NCBI RefSeq assembly: GCF_001194135.2
Contig: NC_068989.1
Location: 39,306,642-39,370,641 of the forward strand
DNA: 64,000 bases
Direction of reading: 5' to 3'
Source of the DNA: Octopus bimaculoides
Lineage: Eukaryota
The position numbers and the translations under genes were made by a program. Below, piece after piece: positions 51,721-62,790 of this stretch. A model generated the notes under the pieces. That model was given only the letters and a program-made list of their open reading frames with translations, did no database searches and had not been told where the DNA came from. Each line of letters starts with the position of its first letter. The stretch's first letter is position 1.

Positions 51721-52200
51721 GCAGTGAGCTGACAGAATCATTAGCACACAAGGCGATGAGCTGGCAGAAATGTTAGCACGCCGGGCGAAATGCTTAGCAG
51801 TATTTTGTCTGCTGTTATGTTCTGAGTTCAAATTCCGCCGAGGTCGACTTTGCCTTTCATCCTTTCGGGGTCGATTAAATAAGTACTAGTTACGCACTGG
51901 AGTCAATATAATCGATTTAATCCATTTGTCTGTCCTTGTTTGTCCTCTCTGTGTTTAGCCCCTTGTGGGCAATAAAGAAATAAGAATCATTAGCACACTG
52001 GGCAAAATATTTAGCAACATTTTTTCTGTCTTTATGTACTGAGTTCAAGTTCTGCTGAGGTCAACTTTGCCTTTTATCCTTTCAGGGTCGATAAATTAAG
52101 TACCAGTCTAGCTCTGGGATCAATGTAATCAACTTACTCCTTCTGAGAAATTACTGGCTTTGTGCCAAAATGTGGAACCATTATCAAGTTGGTGTTTGGA
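51721..52200 (+). mobile_element. Older SINE family B copy split by a younger family-B-headed insertion (51750-51982)
   Basis: A 16-bp TSD AGAATCATTAGCACAC at 51734-51749 and 51983-51998. The insert retains CpGs and the B box GAGTTCAAATTCC. Confidence 0.85.
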
Positions 52201-52399
52201 ACATAACATTAACATGAAATTTTGATGGAAGGTTTTAATTTAGATCACTTTAAAAAAGTAAACTTGTTTCATGGAATCAGGGATGGTCTCGGGTGGGTTG
52301 GTATCAAAAGGGCTAAAATGTTTTAAAAGCATCTAATTTCATCAGATGTGGCAATTTGTCCCACCACCACACACACACTTTCAATCCTCTCAGCTGCCA

Positions 52400-53500
52400 C
52401 CCTGAATCTGTCCCATAAGAAAAACAAGTTTAATGTATATTGGTAATGGACTGGCTTCAAAATAACATGGCTTAGTATTTCCTTTGAAAAGAATGGTAGT
52501 CTTAAAATCTCTTAATCTCCCAAAATATCCTGGGATTTCAATCTCATCAATTAATGATGACCCATCCACATTTATTGCAAACAAGCCATGATTATTTTCT
52601 TTTTAAGTCAGAAACGATAATGCTGTGTTCTTATTGGTTTCCACTAATGCATCAAACTTGCCTAAAATTTCAATGTGTGATCCATCAAATTGTTTTAGTA
52701 TTAGATCATATATTCTTAATTTTCATTTATTCAAATCTGTCCAGAAATTATCAGGTAAGACAAGTTACCTGACTGCTGTTATCACCATGTGCACCTTAAC
52801 ATTAATGAGTTTCACATTGACCACTGCATTATTTTTTCATGCCAGTTACATAAAAACTGGTAAAATATTCATTTTAAATTTCATTAACTATTTGTATAGA
52901 TTTACATAACCACCTAAAAAGAAATCTTTCTTTTCCATATTTGACGCAAATTTTACCAAATGCTGGTCAGTCTGATGGTGCAGAATTATATCCAGGAGGC
53001 AACATAAAATCAGATATTTTTTTCATGTTTCAATCAATATCCAACAGGGACATCCTCAACATCACCTTCACATCTCCATCAATCACTGAGATTCAGAAAT
53101 CATTTAAAACTGTTGAATGTATTTGACATAGGCATAGCGTTTTGGATTACCCAACTGAAGATATTTTGAAGCTTTTACTTGATGCTCTAATGTTTGCATG
53201 CCATCTATGAGTTTTATCCAAATTTTCATCAACTTCTGCACTTCATCTATTATTTCTAGTATCTATATCAAAATAACAAAAATGAACAGAACCAATTTCT
53301 TGGAATAATTTGGAATTGATTCAATCCAATTTTAATGCTGTCATAACAATATCTGACTCTTTCAGGAATTATGAATTTCATTTTGGAACAAACTCATGTC
53401 ACTATTATAAATTTTATACCACCAAAATTCTTTGTTTAAAATACCAGGTGTTACCCCATTACCAAAACTTACAATGAACACCATATCTATTTCTGATAAA
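52400..53500 (-). mobile_element. Second, heavily decayed Gypsy (K02A2.6-like) gag-protease remnant
   Basis: The minus strand gives LILKQFDGSHIEILGKFDALVE (protease flap region) and GRLRDFKTTILFKGNTKPCYFEASPLP (cf. G.LKdfka.i.lk....P.f.kaRplP). No LTR seen. Confidence 0.6.
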
Positions 53501-55140
53501 AATATAAATCTGTATTTTTTTATCTAATTAGTATTCAAAAGGATTTGTTTTGGCCACAGCAGTAAAGAATCACAGCCAAACTTCTATATTTCTGGGTCAT
53601 CAAGTGGAAGTTTGTAATTGTTAATTAGTGATGTCATTGTTGTATCGAACTAAGTTCATTTCTGAAAAACAATAGTCTCACATGATGCTTTTATGTTCAG
53701 AAGTCTTAATCAACTGAATAACCAAGCCTTGACATTAAACTGGTGACTGTCTTAAATAGTCTTAATTACCATGTAATTATTAGCATAATGATTGTATCAC
53801 AGATTCAAAGATCTGGCTTTTGACAATCACCTTACTTCAAATTAAATGATAATGATTCTGATGTTTTTTTTTAATCTCTCTTCCCCTATTCTCATTGTCA
53901 TCTTTTTTAATCATGATTTTGTGTGAAAATATTTCTTTGTTTCAGTTTTACATCAAGCACCCTAATATTTCAACAACTGCACCACTATCATATAAGATAT
54001 TAATAGTGTCAGTGATATGTAATTGTATCACATTTCTAGATAGCATTAACACAACTCACTGTCAATTATAATCTCCATTCTCAACAATAATGGTGGTCTT
54101 GTTCTGTAATTCACCCTTATTTCTTCAACTTTTCCTAATCCATTTATAGTTTTCTTCTCTATTTCTAACACATTCTAAGCACATAATCTATATTTATTAT
54201 TAGTGGTAATATCATCTGCCTCCTTTGTCTTTATCATTCCTGTGTTGATATAGTTGTTTTCTTTAACTATTTATATACAATAAAGCAAATAGTAGCATCC
54301 AAAGGCACTAGTGATGGTCTGTATTCACAATTACTAAGTGTAAATAGTTCAGAAGTGGAATAAATTGTTTTTCCATGAAGGAGAGGAAAAGCTATTTCAC
54401 TCTTCTTACACCAATTATCATCATCATTTTAACACTTTTTTCTTTGTCAGCTGTGTTGACTATGTAACACAATATCCACCTTTTTGATTTTTCCTCACGG
54501 TGTCAACTTTGCCTTTTATCCTTTCCAGGCTTTTAAAGTACTGGAAAAGTTCTTATATCCTTTGTAAGACAGTTGCTTATGACTGGGCAAATATAAGTGC
54601 TAGTGTAGTTGCAAGTTGAGATAAATTTGATAAAATATTGGTCAAGGACTGGGGTCAATTTAGCACTCTCATTAAGCATTCTCAACATAAATGGAATTAT
54701 AATAGCAGACAAAACCTCTTTTAGGCTGAGTATTACCATTCTTCCCATGTCTTCTCTTTGTATTATAAATTTCTAATCCAGTACTCATTGAGGCTTCATA
54801 TCACATGCCCATGCTAGCACAATTTTCTCTGCTAAACACAAATTCTCTCCATCCAGTCAGGATCAACATTTCCAGTCGATTTGTCTAACAAAATGCCTTG
54901 TGAGATATTGTCATTGCTCTTTACTTTCTGATTTCACATAATACTAAGATTCCCTTGATCTTTCATACTTTTGCACAGATAAAATTGAATACCAATCCAA
55001 AGTTTGGGTCAGTCTTAAATGAGTAAAGAAAGTATCCTCTAAAATATGAGGTTTTGTGCCTTATGTTAGGAATCAGTGCTACATATCAACCAAGTCATGC
55101 TCTTTCAATTTCACTTTTCCAGGTTTATTTCATTTTATTC

Positions 55141-56340
55141 TATCAAAAGATTTCTGGACTAGTTCTATAGCATACCAACAAATGACAGCACATGGTTGCA
55201 TGTGCAGTGAGAGCTAGCAGTCATCTTCATGAGGCTATTTGCTGAGTGATATTGCTGTGTTTACTTTGCAAGTTGTGAAATTTGTGTTTTTGTAATCATA
55301 TGTATGCTGTAGTCTGCGATTTTTGTCATGGACAAGAAGTTGGAACAAAGAGCCAACGTGAAATTTTACGTTAAACTTGGGAAGTCTACTACAGAAACAT
55401 TGAGCATGCTACAACAAGCTTATGGCAAGATGGTAATGGGTCGTACACAATGTTTTGAGTAGCACAGGCCCTTCAAAAGTGGAAGAACATCCTTGGAAGA
55501 TGATGAGTGATCTGGAAGACCTGCCACAAGCATCACTCCCAGAAATGTGGAGAAAAGTCATCAGTTTGTGCACGAGGATCGTTGGAAGATAACCAAACAA
55601 CATTGCTGATGTTGTTGGCCTGTGATACAGGCCCTTGCAGGCAGTCCTAATGTCTGAATTGAATATGCAGCATGCCAAGTTTGTCCCCTGTCTACTAACC
55701 AATGAGCAGAAAAAAGCATTGTGTTGAAGTCTGTCAAGATCTCTGTCAGCAAGCCACTGATGACTCATCCTTCATGTTGAAGATCATCACCGGTGGGGAC
55801 AGTTGGGTCTTCAGGTATGACCCCTGAGATGAAGCCGCAGTCATAACAATGGAAGACCACAGAAAGCACAACAGATCCACAGTTTAATCAAGAGCATACT
55901 CATCGTTTTTTCAACATCTTCAGTATTGTGCATCAAGAATTCATCCCCTAGGGCCAGACCATCATTCTTGAGATCTACTGCAAAGTTTTGAAGCATTTGA
56001 GAAGGTCATTTCACAAAAGTGACTGGATTTGTGGAGCACACACTCATTCGTGAGTTTCTCACCAAAAACCAACATGATATCACTTCCATGGTGCATTTTA
56101 CATGCCACCAGCACGGGATCCAGTCAGGCAGCATTGGCAACGACACACACTCAAATAGTGCATTTTACATGCCACCAGCACAGGAGCCAGTCAGGTGGAT
56201 TCCAAAAGTAGCAGGAATGCTGGGACTATAGTACTACTGTGTAAAGTGACTATTTCAAAGAAGATGATGTTAAAACTTAGGTAAATAAGTTATTCTTTTT
56301 ATTAAATATAACTAGTTCTGGAACCTTTTTATACAACCCT
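55141..56340 (+). mobile_element. Mariner element, copy 2 of the 34645-35580 family, with a different internal deletion
   Basis: Same TIR core (TATCAAAA...GGACTAGTT), MDKKLEQRANVKFYVKLGKS and KIITGGDSWVFRYD. 56088-56197 is foreign sequence. Confidence 0.85.
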
Positions 56341-56400
56341 GGTGAGTAAGTTTGGTAGATGGAAACTGAAAAGAAGCCTGTCATTTATGTAAGTGTGTGT

Positions 56401-56438
<38 letters not shown>

Positions 56439-56606
56439 ATGTATGCATGTGTTGCCTTGTGTTGACATCACATGCTAAATGAAAACAAATCAGACAAATC
56501 ATGCCATCATACAAATGGTATCATTTATTTGCAATTTTGTGTTGCAAATGTTCAAACTAGGGGAACATGTTGCCTTGCTTGGAAACATGAGGATTGGCAA
56601 CAAGAG

Positions 56607-56647
<41 letters not shown>

Positions 56648-56739
56648 CATCTGTCTTATGGAATTCTTTTCTGTCACCATAGATAAACCTATGACTTTGG
56701 TAGAGGACATATGCTTTCAATAGATTGTACTATAACAAG

Positions 56740-57100
56740 CAGGTCATCAGTATATAAAAGCTCCCGAAGAATGGTCAATTGTGACCTCTTTTGGTAGAGT
56801 CTCAAGAACTTTATTAAATAAAAAGAAGCTAAAGACACAGTCTTGTTGGACATCTACTTTTATATCAAATACCTTAATATAAAGTCATTGCTTCCTCTTA
56901 CCTTCCCTACACTCTTGTACATCACTTATACAGCTCTTGCAAACCATTTATCTACACCTAGTTTCCTCAGAATGTACTAGGCTATACAGATGACTTAAGG
57001 AAAGACTGTAACCAGTCCAATATATGCAGTGTTGTTTCTTACCTAAGGACTTCTAGAAGTATCTCATTAATTTCATTATAACCCAAACACAGAAATTACC
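56740..57100 (+). mobile_element. Decayed CR1/L2-like RT fragment
   Basis: WSIVTSF.. followed by YTDDLR (YADDLK-like). Weak. Confidence 0.35.
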
Positions 57101-57194
57101 ACTTTGTGTTTTTTTCAACCAATGCTACCCATAACTAACTTTTGCTAAACATTTGATATCTATTTCCAGAACTGTCTAACTGTTTGTCAGTTAA

Positions 57195-57600
57195 TCATCA
57201 TCAACATCATCATCATTTACAGGAACTGGCCAGCTGGAGAGCTGCCCAGGCTACAATTGTCTGTTTTAGCATGGTTGCTATGGCTGGATACCTTTCCTAA
57301 CACCAACCACTTTACAGAGTGCTTTTTATATTGCACTGGTATAGGTGCAACTACATGGCACGTGTGATTTTTACGTGGTGCTGACACAAGTGCTCTATAC
57401 ATGGTACCAGCACAAGTTCCTTCTACATGGTCCCAGAACAAGCGCTGTTTACGTGTCAGTGGCATGCTTTTTACATTGTTCTGACATGGGCTGTAATGGT
57501 CACAGTTTTACTTTGCTTGATATGACTTCCCAAGCACAGCAAATTACCATAGGTCACAAAAACCATTGTTTTTCCCACCTTTTCATTTGATTTGAGATGG
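57195..57600 (-). mobile_element. RTE 3' UTR fragment with a (GAT)n tail
   Basis: Homologous to 1446-1900. The catcatcat tail is at ~57196-57215. Confidence 0.7.
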
Positions 57601-58559
57601 CCATAAAAGAAAAAATATATCCAGCATTTTCATCATTCAGAGTAAATTCCCTTTTGCGACCATCACTGAAAAATGAGTATTGCTTTGTAATATGTAACAT
57701 ACTTCACTAATTGTTTTAGGTGCCTATGTAGTTATAAACAGGCATAAACACCCTCTTAACCTTCCTACCTTTGACCCACTAGAACATCGAAGATGTAACA
57801 GATAACAGGAGAGAGGAGTGCATCAGCACTTGTCTGATATTCATTTTCAGTTGACTATACTGGAGCAGTGTGAAATGAAGTGTCTTGTTCAATAACACTG
57901 CCCATGCAGAAATCAAAACTATGACCCAACACCCTTACATAAAAGCCCCTTTAAAAGAAAGAAAAAATTTAGAACAGAGGAACTAAAAGAGATAAAGTGA
58001 AAATTTTTATTTTTATTTGTTGATATCAGCTAAATCAGAGGAGCTGAAAACTTTGTTGACTGCAATTAATTTAGAAAGAATTAGATATCGTACTGTAAGT
58101 CTAACTCTATTAGTGAGAAAGATAAGCTCTAGTATAAGTGTAATTTCTAAGTGTGTTAGTTGTACTTCTAATGCTCACCTACATATATAAGGATCTATAT
58201 GTGTGGGAATGTAGATAGATAAATAAATAAATTGACAGACAGATATAGATTCAGACAGACAGTAAAAAACTAAAATGTGGAACATTATGAGATAAGAAAG
58301 GAATAAAAAAACAAATAATATATAAAGTTAAATAAATAAAATGTAGCTGAAAAATCAAAGAATATGTACAATGAAAATAGATACACCAGGATCTGTGTAA
58401 ACAGAGACACATGTTTTGGGTTATTAAACAGGATTATTTCTCCATACTTAAAGGTTTTGAGCAGTTGATATTACTCATCTGTACTCAACTGTGTGTCTGA
58501 AATAATTACTATGGACTGGACATACTGATAATACAGTGTGTGTGTGCGTGTAAATGTAG

Positions 58560-58680
58560 GTGTGGCTGTAATAAGAAGCTTGCTTCCTAACCACATGTTT
58601 CTGGGTTCAGTCCCAGCCTCGGGCCAACTAAAGCCTTGTGAGTGTATTTAGTAGATGAAAACTGAAAGAAACCTATCATA
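58560..58680 (+). mobile_element. SINE family A head truncated by the adjacent Tc1/mariner element
   Basis: tggctgtaataagaagcttgcttcctaaccacatgtttctgggttcagtccc...aaactgaaagaa. Confidence 0.7.
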
Positions 58681-58682
58681 TA

Positions 58683-59573
58683 CAGGATGGGTAAAAAGTA
58701 AGTAGGCATTAAAAATTTGTAATAAAATCTATATTCCTTTTACAAATTTATTGAAACAAATGATACATTTTCTTTATTACATGGGAAAAATGAAGTAAAT
58801 CTTCATATTTCAACGTAAGCACCAGTGGCGTCATCCAGTTTCCTCAAAAGGACAGGGATGGAAGGAACAACCTTAAGAAGGACATTGTTTGGGACATCAT
58901 TGAGAACCTCCTGAATCTGTGTCTCCCAGTCTTCCAGTGTAGGAGGTTTTGTCTTGTACACCTCCTCTTTTGTGTAACCCTAACAGATAAAAATCACATG
59001 GAGTGAGATCTGGACTTCTTGGAGGTCTGGACTTCTGGACTTCTGCGGTCACATGCTCCTGCATATGATGGATTTTCCAAAGACAAAAATTCAATTCTTT
59101 ATGCAACAGTGTATGTAGTGTGTGTCTTGTTAGTCCACTTTCACAAGCTGCTTGATGTGTTGATTTTTGTGGGCTGTGATCAAACATTTCCTGCACTCTT
59201 GCCACATTCTTCCCTGATCAGGATGTGGTTGGACAGCCACTTCTTCTTGCATCGTTCATAGAGCCCATGGTCATCAGCTTTGCATGACAACTTTTTATTG
59301 TCTCCAGATGTAGTGTTGCATGCTTACCTTTCCATGCACCTCACCATCTCTGAATCAAAACAATGGAATTCCACATTTCATAGCATGCTGCTATCTTAGC
59401 TTGTTCCTGAACAGTCAAGTGACCAGCCATCTCGAAAATAGGAAATAAGACAATAAGAAAATAAGATATCTCCATTAGCATTGTCTGTTTAAAAAATGTT
59501 TTCAGCATGATTTCAGTGATACTAAAAATTCTATAAGCAATTTCTAATGCCTAGTTACTTTCCACCCACCCTG
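58683..59573 (-). mobile_element. Internally deleted Tc1/mariner element (891 bp)
   Basis: TA TSD. 29-bp TIRs CAGGATGGGTAAAAAGTAAGTAGGCATTA / TAATGCCTAGTTACTTTCCACCCACCCTG. SPQKSTHQAACESGL (HTH) is joined directly to PPRSPDLTPCDFYLLG. Confidence 0.87.
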
Positions 59574-59924
59574 TATATACATATATATATATATCCAAAC
59601 TTTTAAATTTTTAAATTTAAGAGAGAGATTTGATGCTAACATCCATTATAAATGTAATTTATTCCTATGTCAACATTTCTGTATAAAGCTATATTTGACC
59701 GTCAAATTTAAGTCAAACATATAAGTTGCCATACACGTCTTCAGGGAATAACATTTGAGAATAAACAAATCAAACAAAAAATCAAAAATTGGAGATCAAT
59801 GACTTTTTTATTTTTGTCCCTTTCTAAACTAAAGTCTATTAAGGGGAGGCAACCCCTTGCCATATTATGGGAAATGTTCACAATTTTTTACTCAAAACTC
59901 TATTCTAATAGGAATTAAATTATA

Positions 59925-60950
59925 TTATCCTAGGAGCTATTGTAAAGCCCACAATTGCTATTGGTAAATTGTACATTGATATGCCTGCCTTAAGAGCTAA
60001 TATGATACTGCATTGTACTATAAAATATAGATTATAAATGACCCTCAATTACAATAGGAATTATTATCTCTAGGAGCTTTTTCAAAAACCACAGCTGCTA
60101 TATGTAAGTTACATATTAATATATTAATATGGCCTGCTTTAGGGCCTAATATTATACCCTATGCACTCTAGGTTATAAATTATAAACAATTTTCCACTAG
60201 AATGAAGATCTATAGTGTGTTATCATACCTGTAGGAGGTTATGCAAAACCCACAATTGCTATTGTCAAGTTATACATTTATATGGCCTGCCTTAAGATCT
60301 AATATCACACTATATTGTACTATAAGTTATAAATAAGTCTCCATTATAATGGAATCCATATTAAATTGTCCCTAGAAGTTTATGGCAAAACCACAGCCGC
60401 TATTTGTAACTTTAATATTTTAATATGGCCTGCCTTAATATCTAATATTATATTATTATTATTATTATACTACAATCAGTTTCAATATAGTAAACCTTCT
60501 CTTTGTAACCTGCTCTATTTAATGCTGAATTATAGAATTGAGCTTCATTATTAAAAATCCTATTATTAGCAGATAATCTGGAGAGTCTTAATGAAATATT
60601 TTAAACTAAATTATCAATAATACCTCTAGGATGGTTACTACAATGTACTATAGATTATAGTCAATTCTCTGTTACAATGGAACTCAATCCTCAATTGTCA
60701 CTAGGAGTTTTAGTAAAGACCACAACTGCTATTGGTAAATTATACACTAATGTGGCCTACCTTAAGACCTAAACTTATATTGTAATTTACTATAAATTAT
60801 AGCTAATCTTCAACTACCATGGGAATCCATACTATATTATCTTTAGAGGCTTTTACAAAATCCCTGCTGCTATTGGTAAATTATATTAGTATGACCTGTC
60901 TAGAGACTAACTACTACGGTATACTGTACTATAATACCCTGTCATATTGC
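59925..60950. repeat. Degenerate ~140-bp tandem repeat (6 units plus 1 partial)
   Basis: The motif TAGGAG...CCACA..TGCTATT.GTAA...ATGGCCTGCCTTAAGA.CTAA recurs at 59931, 60071, 60232, 60373, 60702 and 60844. Confidence 0.85.
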
Positions 60951-61072
60951 AATTTTATTTAAACCAGCGAAAAGTGTGTCCTAAAAAATGTGTACATTTT
61001 AGAGCATTATTTGTTAGTTTATTTATCAACTTACCCTTAAAGAATAATATGTGATAAAGTTCTAAGGTACAT

Positions 61073-61913
61073 NNNNNNNNNNNNNNNNNNNNNNNNNNNN
61101 NNNNNNNNNNNNNNNNNNNNNNNNNNNNNNNNNNNNNNNNNNNNNNNNNNNNNNNNNNNNNNNNNNNNNNNNNNNNNNNNNNNNNNNNNNNNNNNNNNNN
61201 NNNNNNNNNNNNNNNNNNNNNNNNNNNNNNNNNNNNNNNNNNNNNNNNNNNNNNNNNNNNNNNNNNNNNNNNNNNNNNNNNNNNNNNNNNNNNNNNNNNN
61301 NNNNNNNNNNNNNNNNNNNNNNNNNNNNNNNNNNNNNNNNNNNNNNNNNNNNNNNNNNNNNNNNNNNNNNNNNNNNNNNNNNNNNNNNNNNNNNNNNNNN
61401 NNNNNNNNNNNNNNNNNNNNNNNNNNNNNNNNNNNNNNNNNNNNNNNNNNNNNNNNNNNNNNNNNNNNNNNNNNNNNNNNNNNNNNNNNNNNNNNNNNNN
61501 NNNNNNNNNNNNNNNNNNNNNNNNNNNNNNNNNNNNNNNNNNNNNNNNNNNNNNNNNNNNNNNNNNNNNNNNNNNNNNNNNNNNNNNNNNNNNNNNNNNN
61601 NNNNNNNNNNNNNNNNNNNNNNNNNNNNNNNNNNNNNNNNNNNNNNNNNNNNNNNNNNNNNNNNNNNNNNNNNNNNNNNNNNNNNNNNNNNNNNNNNNNN
61701 NNNNNNNNNNNNNNNNNNNNNNNNNNNNNNNNNNNNNNNNNNNNNNNNNNNNNNNNNNNNNNNNNNNNNNNNNNNNNNNNNNNNNNNNNNNNNNNNNNNN
61801 NNNNNNNNNNNNNNNNNNNNNNNNNNNNNNNNNNNNNNNNNNNNNNNNNNNNNNNNNNNNNNNNNNNNNNNNNNNNNNNNNNNNNNNNNNNNNNNNNNNN
61901 NNNNNNNNNNNNN
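61073..61913. other. Assembly gap (841 N)
   Basis: Run of N. Confidence 0.99.
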
Positions 61914-61954
<41 letters not shown>

Positions 61955-61974
61955 GTGTGTGTGTGTGTGTGTGG

Positions 61975-62214
61975 GTGGGTGGGTGTGTGTGTCTTAGTGT
62001 CTGTGTTTAACCCACCACCACTGCTTAGCAACTGATGCTATTGTGTTTACATACCCATAACTTAGAGGTTTGGCAAAATGGACCAACAGAATATGTACCA
62101 GGTTAAAAAAACAAATTGATAAATATTAGTGTCAAATCTTTCAACTAAAAATTCTTCAAGACGGTGCCCTAGCATGGTTACAGTCTAATGACTGAAACAA
62201 GTAAAGGATAAAGA

Positions 62215-62215
<1 letters not shown>
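61975..62215 (+). mobile_element. SINE family A 3' half
   Basis: Homologous to 7190-7397, ending gactgaaacaagtaaaaggataaag. Confidence 0.75.
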
Positions 62216-62246
<31 letters not shown>

Positions 62247-62425
62247 GTGTGTTTCTATATATGTTTATATGTATATATTTGCGTGTTTATGTATAGGTGT
62301 TTGTATGTATGTGTCAGGTTATGTATGTGTATATGAGAATAGATGTGTCAATTCCATCATCACAGTTTTAATGTCTATTTTTCCATGCTTGTATGGGTCA
62401 GATGATAATACATTAGAGCAAAGTT

Positions 62426-62488
62426 TTTCTACAGTTGGATGTCCTTCATGACATCAAGGATGTCATGAAGGGCATCCAACTGTAGAAA
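62426..62488. repeat. 63-bp near-perfect palindrome (30-bp arms, 3-nt loop, one mismatch)
   Basis: tttctacagttggatgtccttcatgacatc-aag-gatgtcatgaagggcatccaactgtagaaa. Confidence 0.95.
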
Positions 62489-62660
62489 GGATGAAAGGCA
62501 AAGTCGACCTCGACGGAATTTGAACTCAGAACGTAATGGCAGACGAAATACCGATAAGCATTTCGCTCGGCATGCTAACGTTTCTGCCAGTTTGTCTTCT
62601 TTCAGTTTCTGTCTACTAAATCCACTCACAAGGCTTTGGTTGGCATGACGCTATGGCATA
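62485..62660 (-). mobile_element. Young SINE family B head abutting a SINE family A fragment
   Basis: CpG-rich gtcgacctcgacggaatttgaactcagaacg, then ttctttcagtttctgtctactaaatccactcacaaggc. Confidence 0.75.
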
Positions 62661-62721
62661 GACATACCACAGTCATAAAGACACACAAACATATATATAT
62701 GTATATTACAACAAAATTTTT

Positions 62722-62790
62722 ATATAGAGTTACCCAAGATTTCACACCCACAAAGCCAAAGACTTGTAGATAGCTCGTCAGACTCTACAT
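62722..62790 (-). ncRNA. Type I hammerhead-ribozyme-like motif at the PLE 3' end (partly decayed)
   Basis: The minus strand reads atgtagagt CTGACGA gctatctacaag tctttgg ctttgtgggtgt GAAA tcttgg GTA actctatat. It has a 9-bp stem I, both catalytic boxes, a ~10-bp stem II with G-U pairs, a short stem III and a GUA triplet. Confidence 0.65.

Noticed and set aside
52700-52755. AG...GTAAG-bounded 56-nt open segment (IRSYILNFHLFKSVQKLS)
   Set aside because: It lies antisense inside the decayed Gypsy protease region and has no aminopeptidase similarity.
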